This document shows positions 51,543-59,450 of a stretch of DNA of 64,000 bases, one piece after another (within the stretch, counting starts at the first letter, position 1; every line of letters starts with the position of its first letter). The stretch is from an uncultured Gammaproteobacteria bacterium (lineage in GTDB: Bacteria; Patescibacteriota; Microgenomatia; UBA1406; HO2-37-13b). A program made the translations under genes and the position numbers. The DNA lies in the NCBI GenBank assembly GCA_964413645.1, contig CAYPSA010000003.1:19328-83327 (forward strand). The letters are read 5' to 3'. The notes under the pieces are model-generated. The model was not told where the DNA came from. It was given only the letters and a program-made list of their open reading frames with translations, and searched no databases.

Positions 51543-52322
51543 ATGCTACCAATACTGTTTGTTTCAGGTGTCTTGAAAATTTATACCATGGGATTTTTCT
51601 TAGTTTTGGCGCTCTTTTTTAGCCTATTTTTATTGTGGAAATTGATCAAGCTTACATCGTATCGCGAAGAAGATGTGTTTGATACATATTTCGTATCGCT
51701 CTTTGGCGGCCTGTTTTTTGCTCGTTTCGTATATGTTCTATCAAATTTTGAAAAATTTGGTTTTGATTTTCTGAAATTCATTCTTATTAACGGCTATCCG
51801 GGACTGTCGCTATTTGGGGCTTTATATGGGGGAATGCTAACCTTCTACCTATATCTTTTCCGTAAGAAAATTGCGTTTATGGAACTGATAGATTATTTTG
51901 TCCCGCCGCTTTTTTTGGCATTGGGGATTGGGAAAATTGGTAGCTTCTTATCGGGTGAAGAGTCGATGGTGGCTATTATTGAAAGTGTATTTTTTTTTAT
52001 CTTTGCATTTATTGCGAATCGGGTTGTTCGGGCAATTCGTCGAGGGAAATTAAGTATGGGCTTTTCGCTGTATATATTTCTCCTTTCATTCTCCGGAGTA
52101 AATCTGTTACTTGACAATCTAAAATTAAATCATTTATACTTCTTTGGGTTCAGCATGAACTTTGCGGTAAGCTTGGTAGTATTTTTAGGAAGCTGCGCAT
52201 ACTTTGTGCATTATTTCCGAAAGGAAATTATGCATGCGCTGAATACATTAAAAGGAAAAATTAAACGACATGACAAACCTAACACCACAAGTAACAGCAA
52301 GTCTTCACAAAAGACTGATTGA
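51543..52322 (+). CDS. polytopic membrane protein, divergent prolipoprotein diacylglyceryl transferase (Lgt)-like
   Basis: ORF 51399..52322 is trimmed to the ATG at 51543, because the upstream part is the antisense of a tRNA. GYPGLSLFGALYGGML and LALGIGKIGSFLSGEE resemble Lgt motifs. The assignment is tentative. Confidence 0.4.
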   Translation: MLPILFVSGVLKIYTMGFFLVLALFFSLFLLWKLIKLTSYREEDVFDTYFVSLFGGLFFARFVYVLSNFEKFGFDFLKFILINGYPGLSLFGALYGGMLTFYLYLFRKKIAFMELIDYFVPPLFLALGIGKIGSFLSGEESMVAIIESVFFFIFAFIANRVVRAIRRGKLSMGFSLYIFLLSFSGVNLLLDNLKLNHLYFFGFSMNFAVSLVVFLGSCAYFVHYFRKEIMHALNTLKGKIKRHDKPNTTSNSKSSQKTD

Positions 52323-52632
52323 CGAAGAAAAGGCTATTTTAGCACGCGTTGAGGAGCTTAAAGTTGATGATCCTTTTAGTAATCCCGATCATGTTTCTGA
52401 CAATGCTGCCGTGGATACTGATATACGTGAACAAGTAGGTCACGATACAATTGAAGCGCAAATCGTTTCATTGGAAAAAAGACTAGCAAATATTCATGGA
52501 GCAGTTAGGAAAATAACCTCTTCAGGCTATGGAATCTGTGAAAATTGTAAGAAAGAAATTCCAATTGCTCGACTTGAACTTGTCCCCGAGACCAAATATT
52601 GTGTAGACTGCGAAAGCCAATTCGTACAATAA
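52270..52632 (+). CDS. DksA/TraR-family C4 zinc-finger protein
   Basis: The C-terminal motif is CENCKKEIPIARLELVPETKYCVDC (CxxC-17-CxxC), preceded by a coiled-coil region. Confidence 0.75.
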   Translation: MTNLTPQVTASLHKRLIDEEKAILARVEELKVDDPFSNPDHVSDNAAVDTDIREQVGHDTIEAQIVSLEKRLANIHGAVRKITSSGYGICENCKKEIPIARLELVPETKYCVDCESQFVQ

Positions 52633-52714
52633 CCTCTTTATATCACACCGCTCGATGGTGTTGTTAAGACATCGTCCACCTGGAAGGTTGACTTGTTTAT
52701 GCTATCATTAATGT

Positions 52715-54439
52715 ATGGGTGATATTGAACCACATTTTTTATTGCAATTTCTAACGTTTATATTCTTTCCCTTAGCCGGTGGATATGTTGCTCATAAACT
52801 CAGATTACCTTCAATTGTAGGGTACATTACTGGTGGAATGGTTTTGGGATTTTTGGGTGCACATGCGCTTTCGGGGGAATTTTTAAGCCAATTTGCCAGT
52901 ATTGGAATTATATTTCTGCTTTTTACTGTAGGGTTGGAAGTTAATTTAGACGCTTTAAAACGCTTTGGAAAATTTACGATTTATGGAGGCTTAGCTCAAA
53001 TAGTGCTAACCAGCCTGGTAGTATTCTTGCTTTCATTTTTATTCCAGTTCGACATTAAAACCTCAATTATTTTGGGTTTGGCGTTTAGCTTGTCGTCAAC
53101 GGCTGTTGTTTCTAAAATTATCCAGGAAAAAGGAGAAGAAAGCTCGCTTACCGGTAATTTAGCTTTGGGAATTCTTGTTTTGCAAGATTTAGCCGCAATT
53201 CCGCTTATTATCCTTGTCGCTGCAATGGGAAATAATGACGGTGTAGGGGCATTCTTTAAAGCATTTGCATTTGGATCATTTCGTGCGGTACTCGTATTGG
53301 TGAGTATATTTTTCATTGGAAAAAAGGTAGTTCCGTTTGTTTTTGCAAAGGTAACTAAAATTTCTCGTGAATTATTGAATTTATTTACGATATTCTTTAT
53401 TTTCGTAGCTGTCTATGTATTTTCACTGTTGGGTCTTTCAGGGGGAATTGCCGCATTTATTGCCGGAGTCCTTGTGGGTCAAACACTGCAGCATTACCAT
53501 ATTTTTTCTCAAATTCGTCCACTTCGCGACTTATTTACGGTACTTTTCTTCGTATATTTAGGTATAACATCCCATATTGGGAGCATTCTGGGAAATCTTC
53601 CCGCAATTCTGGCCTTCGTAGTTCTACTCACTATCATTAAGTTCCTGGTAATTTTTATTATTTTCACGAAGCTCAAATTTCATACGCGCAGCAGTTTCTC
53701 ACTGGGACTCATGCTTACTCAGGTAGGGGAATTTGCGTTTGTGTTGCTTACTCAGGCTATGGATGCTCGTTTGTTGAGTGAGGACACATATCACTTCGCA
53801 ATCGCTACTACGCTCTTTACAATCGCGATTTCTCCTATGCTTATACAGAAGCGCAGTAAACTATACTCAGGCACCAAGGCATTTATTAAAGCTCGGCTTC
53901 CCGATGTAGATGCATATTTAACCGCAAATATTGATCGTGATATTTCTCCTATTGATGTTTTGGAGCTTAAGGACCATGTAGTTTTATGTGGGTATGGAAG
54001 TGTAGGAAAGTATATTGGTCGAGCCTTAATGCTTTCAAAAATCCCATATATTGCTATTGACTACAATTATCACTCTGTCGAGCATGCGCGTCGCGCAGGA
54101 ATCGACATTATTTATGGTGACTGTACTGATATAGATATTCTTGATTATGCGCAGGTTGATACTGCAGCGGTGCTTATCTGTGCGGTTCCAAGCAAGCAAG
54201 CGCAAGAAATGATTTTGCTCAATTCCAAAACATTGAATCGAAAATTACTCCTTCTTACTCGAGTTAACGATGAAGACCAACAGCAAAGAATGAAGGACCT
54301 CGGAGCTGAAGTAGTAATTCAACCTGAATTTGAAGCGAGTTTGGCAATTATTCGAAAAACATTTCTGTCTTTGAATATTCCAAAAGAAGAGATTGCTGGA
54401 AAGATTAAACGCCTTAAGATTGAGCATGGAATGGAGTAA
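52715..54439 (+). CDS. CPA2-family cation:proton antiporter with a C-terminal RCK/TrkA-N domain
   Basis: LRLPSIVGYITGGMVLG is present, with about 12 TM helices. A Rossmann motif VVLCGYGSVGKYIGRAL follows. Confidence 0.8.
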   Translation: MGDIEPHFLLQFLTFIFFPLAGGYVAHKLRLPSIVGYITGGMVLGFLGAHALSGEFLSQFASIGIIFLLFTVGLEVNLDALKRFGKFTIYGGLAQIVLTSLVVFLLSFLFQFDIKTSIILGLAFSLSSTAVVSKIIQEKGEESSLTGNLALGILVLQDLAAIPLIILVAAMGNNDGVGAFFKAFAFGSFRAVLVLVSIFFIGKKVVPFVFAKVTKISRELLNLFTIFFIFVAVYVFSLLGLSGGIAAFIAGVLVGQTLQHYHIFSQIRPLRDLFTVLFFVYLGITSHIGSILGNLPAILAFVVLLTIIKFLVIFIIFTKLKFHTRSSFSLGLMLTQVGEFAFVLLTQAMDARLLSEDTYHFAIATTLFTIAISPMLIQKRSKLYSGTKAFIKARLPDVDAYLTANIDRDISPIDVLELKDHVVLCGYGSVGKYIGRALMLSKIPYIAIDYNYHSVEHARRAGIDIIYGDCTDIDILDYAQVDTAAVLICAVPSKQAQEMILLNSKTLNRKLLLLTRVNDEDQQQRMKDLGAEVVIQPEFEASLAIIRKTFLSLNIPKEEIAGKIKRLKIEHGME

Positions 54440-54445
54440 CTTCGT

Positions 54446-55252
54446 ATGAAAAAGAACATGACAAAAAAACAGCGGATTATTGTTTTAGTGCTTGTGGCTA
54501 TTAGTCTATATGTGCTTATGACTATCATTCGATCATTTTCTGACTCGCTATTTTTTTCTCGCCCAGGTCGAATTACACTCCTTTACTACTCCGATGTGCC
54601 TAAAATAGTCTCAATTGGTCGTTCAGACGGAGTAAGTTACGAGCTTTTTTTCACATCGGATAAAAGAATTTTGGTGCCAGGTGGATATGGACGATATCGA
54701 ATTGGGGCTTTGCAGCGGCTTTCGGATATCGAAAAAAAACCGGAATTGCTTACTCGAGCCTTTTCTAGTGCGCTTTCTGCACAGGTTGATTACACGATGA
54801 CTAATAATGCACATATTCCACTATTAGATAGACTGTATTTATATTTTCTTCTTTTCCAACAGAATAAGAGCGATTTTATTACACTTAATACCCGTTATGT
54901 AGATCCGGTAAACAATAGCGATTATTCCGAAAATAGTTTTCAAAAGAAATACAAAGGGTTTTTTTATGATAAACAATTGCGTATGGAAGGGAAGAATGTA
55001 TCAATTGTATATGCAACATATACAAGTGCAAAAACGCTTTCGCGTATTCTTGAAGGTGAGGGGATTCGGGTTGTTGACATAAGCTATATCGCTAAGGCAG
55101 CACCAAAATGTTATATAATTGAACATGGAGCTCAGTCATTGACGGCAAGTTATTTAGCGAATATGTTCAAGTGTGATGTGAAAGAGGGAACGGTTAAGGG
55201 AGCAGATATTCAGCTTGTCTTGGGAAGTCGTGTGGAGCGGGAATGGGAATAA
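54446..55252 (+). CDS. hypothetical membrane-anchored protein (possibly a degenerate LytR-CpsA-Psr-like protein)
   Basis: An N-terminal TM helix is present. RITLLYYSD...ILVPGGYGRYRIGAL loosely resembles the LCP core. The family assignment is weak. Confidence 0.45.
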   Translation: MKKNMTKKQRIIVLVLVAISLYVLMTIIRSFSDSLFFSRPGRITLLYYSDVPKIVSIGRSDGVSYELFFTSDKRILVPGGYGRYRIGALQRLSDIEKKPELLTRAFSSALSAQVDYTMTNNAHIPLLDRLYLYFLLFQQNKSDFITLNTRYVDPVNNSDYSENSFQKKYKGFFYDKQLRMEGKNVSIVYATYTSAKTLSRILEGEGIRVVDISYIAKAAPKCYIIEHGAQSLTASYLANMFKCDVKEGTVKGADIQLVLGSRVEREWE

Positions 55253-55255
55253 CAT

Positions 55256-55456
55256 ATGGCGGATATTATTTTTCCACTAGTAATCATTTTTTTAGTATCG
55301 CTTTTGATGGCATTGTATTCAATGCGTGACTTGGATTTTGCTGCTGAAATTAGAAATATTGTACATCGACGTAAAACTCGCGGAGCAATCGTATTTTTTG
55401 ATGAAGGAATAAAGCATTATCACCATCATTCATCTTCGTCGTCAAAGTCAGAATGA
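55256..55456 (+). CDS. small membrane protein (66 aa)
   Basis: It has one TM helix and a His/Ser-rich tail. It starts 4 nt after the upstream stop. Confidence 0.4.
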   Translation: MADIIFPLVIIFLVSLLMALYSMRDLDFAAEIRNIVHRRKTRGAIVFFDEGIKHYHHHSSSSSKSE

Positions 55457-56280
55457 CCGACGTGCATGAATTCGTCATCATCTTTATCGGCCAAAGCTTC
55501 AAGATCAACTTCAGATTCATGCATGCCCGCTTCCTCTTCATCGGGAATATGTTCTGATGACTCATCGCTTTCATGATTTTCTTCGGAATCTGAACTCATA
55601 TCTTTCAAATCATCTTGAATGTTTTTTGGAAACGATGTGTAGCCTTTAACTTTTGCTCCCTTTTTCTCTTCTTTAATAAAAATATCGACCACATTTTTTG
55701 AAGCAGATTTTATATATACAATAAACGTACTTCCAGCATCTAAAAAGAAGATGAGACGTTTTGAAATATCATCAGGCAACGCTCCGATATATTCGTTTGC
55801 ACTGTCACGTACTTCTACACGGCGTTTTTTAACTTTAAGCTCAACGTATTGACCGATTTTAAGAGTTGCCAACACATCTGCCCGGCCAATATTTACCAGT
55901 GTTATTTCCTTTGTTTTGCCTAAAATGTTCAGGAAAAGATTTGGGTTCAATGACATGTCTTGATCGGAGTGATCAAGTAAATGTGCATTAGGGCCTTTTT
56001 CAAGAATTTTTATTTTATCAAGGTTGTTGCGGGCAATCTGATTTATTGGTTCAAGCTTTAGAGCTTGTTTGTAGGCTTTTTTTGAGTTTTCAAGTTCTTT
56101 TTTTTGTAAGAATGCAAAACCTAGTCGAAGGTATGCGTCGACATCGTTGGGAGCTAATGTGATAATTTCTTCGTTCAAGCGGATTGCTTCTGTAAAGTTT
56201 CCTGCTACAGCTGCATTGTTTGCCTGATCGTGGAGTTGTGATAAATGTTTATTCATAGACCTGGGCATTATACCATGCAA
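55426..56280 (-). CDS. TPR-repeat protein with an acidic C-terminal tail
   Basis: TPR-like repeats are present (AGNFTEAIRLNEEIITLAPNDVDAYLRLGFAFLQKKELENSKKAYKQALKLEP). The C-terminus is rich in D/E. Confidence 0.6.
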   Translation of the reverse strand: MHGIMPRSMNKHLSQLHDQANNAAVAGNFTEAIRLNEEIITLAPNDVDAYLRLGFAFLQKKELENSKKAYKQALKLEPINQIARNNLDKIKILEKGPNAHLLDHSDQDMSLNPNLFLNILGKTKEITLVNIGRADVLATLKIGQYVELKVKKRRVEVRDSANEYIGALPDDISKRLIFFLDAGSTFIVYIKSASKNVVDIFIKEEKKGAKVKGYTSFPKNIQDDLKDMSSDSEENHESDESSEHIPDEEEAGMHESEVDLEALADKDDDEFMHVGHSDFDDEDE

Positions 56281-56357
56281 ACAGTGTTTTGCAACATAGC
56301 ATATCAGTATAGGGGAAATGTAGGAAATGTCAATGTGGGAATATTACTTCAAAACCT

Positions 56358-56409
56358 GTCATTCTGAGCTCACCCGTCATCACGAACTTCGCCCAGAGGG
56401 CGAGCACCC
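56358..56409. repeat. dispersed repeat copy
   Basis: The copy reads gtcattctgagctcacccgtcatcacgaacttcgcccagagggcgagcaccc. Confidence 0.7.
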
Positions 56410-56631
56410 TTTAGATGTTGTTTCAGGATCCCACGCATATACCTCTTGATAACATGATTCTCAACCATGGGTCCTGCTCGTGGGTCCTGCCCCTCCCTCG
56501 TCCCACCGGTCGGCGCACCCACTCGAGCATATCCAACTCCGATATAGATAGAGTTTATGTCTATGTTGGCTTTTACAATGTTGCCTTGTAAGTTACGAGT
56601 CTCATATTTCCCATATTGTATAATAGCCTAT

Positions 56632-57324
56632 ATGTCAGGACATTCTAAATGGTCACAAATTAAGCGTAAAAAGGGAATTACCGATCAGAAACGGGGGCTC
56701 GTCTTCTCAAAGCTGTCTCGTCTTATTACGGTTGCTGTAAAAGATGGTGGGGGAATGGGAGACCCGGACAAAAATGTTCGGCTTCGCTTGGCTGTACAAC
56801 AGGCTAAAGAAGAAAATATGCCTCGTGAAAATATTGAACGGGCAATTGAGAAAGGTAAGGGTGGGGGAGCCGATTCTCTCAAAGAAGTCGTTTATGAGGG
56901 GTTTGGACCTCAGAGCGGTTCGTTTTTAATTGTAGCAACTACCGATAATTCCAACCGAACCCATGCGGAAGTGAAGCTTGCACTTGAAAAAAATGGAGGG
57001 AAAATGGGAAATATTAATTCGGTCGCATATAATTTTCAGAAGTGTGGGCTGGTATTGCTTCCTAAGAGTTCTACGACTGAAGTAGACGCCTTTGCAATAG
57101 GTGAAAAACTCACCATTCTCGATATGGAAGAAGATGATGAATCGTATATTCTATATATACCGTTTGAAAAAATTGGAGAAGCAACCGACATGTCTGTAGA
57201 AATTTTTTACCGCCCCCTGACTGCAATTTCAATTGCAGAGGAGTCTCAAGAGAAAGTTCACAAGCTTCTAGACATACTGGAAGGGTTAGATGATGTTGCG
57301 AAGGTGTACACTAATTATGCTTAA
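56632..57324 (+). CDS. YebC/PmpR-family DNA-binding transcriptional regulator
   Basis: MSGHSKWSQIKRKKGITDQKRGLVFSKLSRLITVAVKDGG is diagnostic of the family. The start is trimmed to the ATG at 56632. Confidence 0.9.
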   Translation: MSGHSKWSQIKRKKGITDQKRGLVFSKLSRLITVAVKDGGGMGDPDKNVRLRLAVQQAKEENMPRENIERAIEKGKGGGADSLKEVVYEGFGPQSGSFLIVATTDNSNRTHAEVKLALEKNGGKMGNINSVAYNFQKCGLVLLPKSSTTEVDAFAIGEKLTILDMEEDDESYILYIPFEKIGEATDMSVEIFYRPLTAISIAEESQEKVHKLLDILEGLDDVAKVYTNYA

Positions 57325-58132
57325 CAGAAAAGATATTGCAAAAAATTTGTTTAAATTGTTTATACGCATTGAAAAACGTCGACGATTCATTATTTCCACT
57401 TTTTTTCTAACGCTTCTCATGATTGTTTCTACCTATTTTAGTTTTGAAGCAGCTAGTTTCTTTGTTATTCCCATTATTGTATTGGTATATTTTCTAACGT
57501 ATTTTTCAATTCTTGAGGGAATTACGGATAAAGAGTGGCTCATGTTATTTGTTCCTCCTTTATATTTTTCGGTGGTTTTTTACTTGTTCTATTTTTTCTT
57601 GCCGCAGCGATGGTTGGCACGTGCGCCGTTTGCCGTTTTGTATTCAATATCAATTTATGCACTGTTGTTGTCGCAGAATATTTTTAATGTGGGAGTAGAG
57701 AAGAGCCTGCAGTTATATCGCGCAGCATTTTCGATTAACTATTTATTCTTAACACTTACAATGTTTTTGGCGACGAGTTTGCTATTCTCATTGCGATTAC
57801 TGTTTGTGGTGAATGGGCTACTTATTTTTGTAATGTCACTGCCACTTGCTCTGCACTTTGTATGGTCAATCAGTCCACAGGAGCATGTCGAGCGGTCGGT
57901 ATTTAAGCATGCACTGGTTGTTTCCGTTATTTTAGCACAGGCAGTTATGGTGTTCTCGTTTATTCCGATTACGCCCAGTGTATTTTCATTAGTCGTGACT
58001 GCATTGTTTTATAGTTTGTGTGGACTTTTAAGCGCGCATTTAACATCGCGGTTGTTTAGAGAGCGTATTCGGGAATATTTATTCGTATTGGGTGCTGTGT
58101 TTGTGATTACGCTCCTGACTGTTAAGTGGTAA
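57317..58132 (+). CDS. hypothetical polytopic membrane protein
   Basis: About 8 hydrophobic helices are present. The start at 57317 overlaps the upstream stop, and the ORF track alternative is 57290. Confidence 0.6.
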   Translation: MLNRKDIAKNLFKLFIRIEKRRRFIISTFFLTLLMIVSTYFSFEAASFFVIPIIVLVYFLTYFSILEGITDKEWLMLFVPPLYFSVVFYLFYFFLPQRWLARAPFAVLYSISIYALLLSQNIFNVGVEKSLQLYRAAFSINYLFLTLTMFLATSLLFSLRLLFVVNGLLIFVMSLPLALHFVWSISPQEHVERSVFKHALVVSVILAQAVMVFSFIPITPSVFSLVVTALFYSLCGLLSAHLTSRLFRERIREYLFVLGAVFVITLLTVKW

Positions 58133-58140
58133 TTTAGATC

Positions 58141-58184
58141 GTCCACCTTCCAGGTTATCTACGCACTGTCCACCTTCCAGGTGG
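58141..58184 (+). terminator. two copies of GTCCACCTTCCAGGT; the second forms the hairpin CCACC-TTCCA-GGTGG
   Basis: Copies lie at 58141-58156 and 58167-58184, directly after the stop at 58132, followed by a T-rich tract. The same motif occurs in reverse orientation at 52675-52690. Confidence 0.45.
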
Positions 58185-58615
58185 CGAGTTTTGTGCCTAA
58201 TTCATGCCTAGGCCGTGCCTGACGCATCCTTGTGAGACTCTTAAAATACTTCTTAGTAAATATGGCTCAATTTCTTCAGCACTTGCTTACAATATCTCGA
58301 TACGAGACGAATTTAATGCGTAATTATAAAAAAATCGTGCCTAGATGTTGAGATCCTAGGCATAAAGTAGGGAGGAGGGGAGTAGGAAAAGTGACGGACG
58401 TGAGTTTTCCGTATAATTTGCTATAAGACAATATACTATCCTGTAGTATTTGATAATTTATGCGTAATTTGAACAAAATATGGAATTATTTAAATATTTG
58501 TTTTCAAAAGTATGTTCAGAATTCTTTACAAATAGCGATGTGCTACACTCCGACTTAGTGTGCTAACAATGTGGATAACGTAATAAAATAGGCATAAAAG
58601 TTACAGAATGGCTTA

Positions 58616-58912
58616 TTATAACGCTCTAAAGTGTTGCTAATAGAAACGTCCAAAGTTCAGTAAATTAGCCACGAAAATATCAAGATAGATTGTTATAAGG
58701 CTCTAAACAGGGCCCCTGTAGGATCGACGTACAGCACGTATACTCTAAACGAGGCTATATCCATGCGTACAACATGAAAACGAGCCTAGAAGTTAGCTAT
58801 AAAATGGTTCAAACGGACTGTCACTACGCTCCAAAACACGCTGGTACTTTGTTTGCTAAACATGCAAAATTAGGCATAAAAAGCACAAAACGGAGCGTTA
58901 TAACGCTCCAAA
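58616..58912 (+). repeat. five same-orientation iteron-like repeats (TTATAACGCTCYAAA consensus), the last embedded in an 18-bp perfect palindrome
   Basis: The five copies are ttataacgctctaaa (58616-58630), ttataaggctctaaa (58693-58707), gtatactctaaa (58738-58749), ctacgctccaaaa (58824-58836) and ttataacgctccaaa (58898-58912). The palindrome GGAGCGTTATAACGCTCC spans 58892-58909. Confidence 0.6.
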
Positions 58913-59450
58913 TAAACACGTGTAAAAGCCCTCCGAGTACTCGTTCTGGGGAGTACCGCCAAAACGCAATAATTACGAAATTGTAGAACGACCAACTTAT
59001 TAAAAGAGAACAGTAATTTGCATGCCAAACATTCTTCTCCTCCTTTTCATTTGTCGTAGAATATTCACATAACCGACTACTTGTATATAAGGCGTATTTG
59101 TAGCCAGGGAAACAAGGATCTACAACGTCGTAAATTGTATCTTTTACGACGTTTCGTCTTGACGTCTTCAGGGAAGTGCTATTTTTGCAGTTCATTAGTT
59201 ATCTGCTATTAATGTATTAATTTCTCCCCTTGCGCCGCTGGCCAAATTAGCCTATTTGCTCCCTAACGGTATTAATCCAAAATTTTGGGTCTCCCCCTAT
59301 TATAGGCCATTTGGGGAAGTACTAATATGTTGATATAACAAGCCAAACTGCCCTGTTCCCTGGCATTTGTTGGGGTCGGGGACTTGCATTTTCAGGCCTG
59401 TCTGCCGACAGGCAGGCACAAAATAGGCATAAATTTGCACCTTGCAAGGT

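Noticed and set aside
1125-56409. Whether the recurring GTCATTCTGAG/palindrome repeats form a CRISPR array.
   Set aside because: Copies are dispersed over the whole window in both orientations with irregular spacing and variable module order. No cas genes are present, and there are no regular repeat-spacer units.
56460-56535. A short GC-rich patch with the direct repeat GGGTCCTGC twice (56469, 56482) upstream of the YebC-family gene. It could be an ncRNA or a fragment of foreign DNA.
   Set aside because: It is too short to evaluate, has no convincing secondary structure or ORF, and is adjacent to a repeat-family copy (56358-56409). It may simply be a degenerate part of that element.
58774-59195. 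ORFs 58774..58986 (+) and 58824..59195 (-) in the 1.3-kb spacer.
   Set aside because: They overlap each other, lack an SD and any motif, and are interrupted by the iteron and palindrome repeats. The region is more plausibly non-coding.
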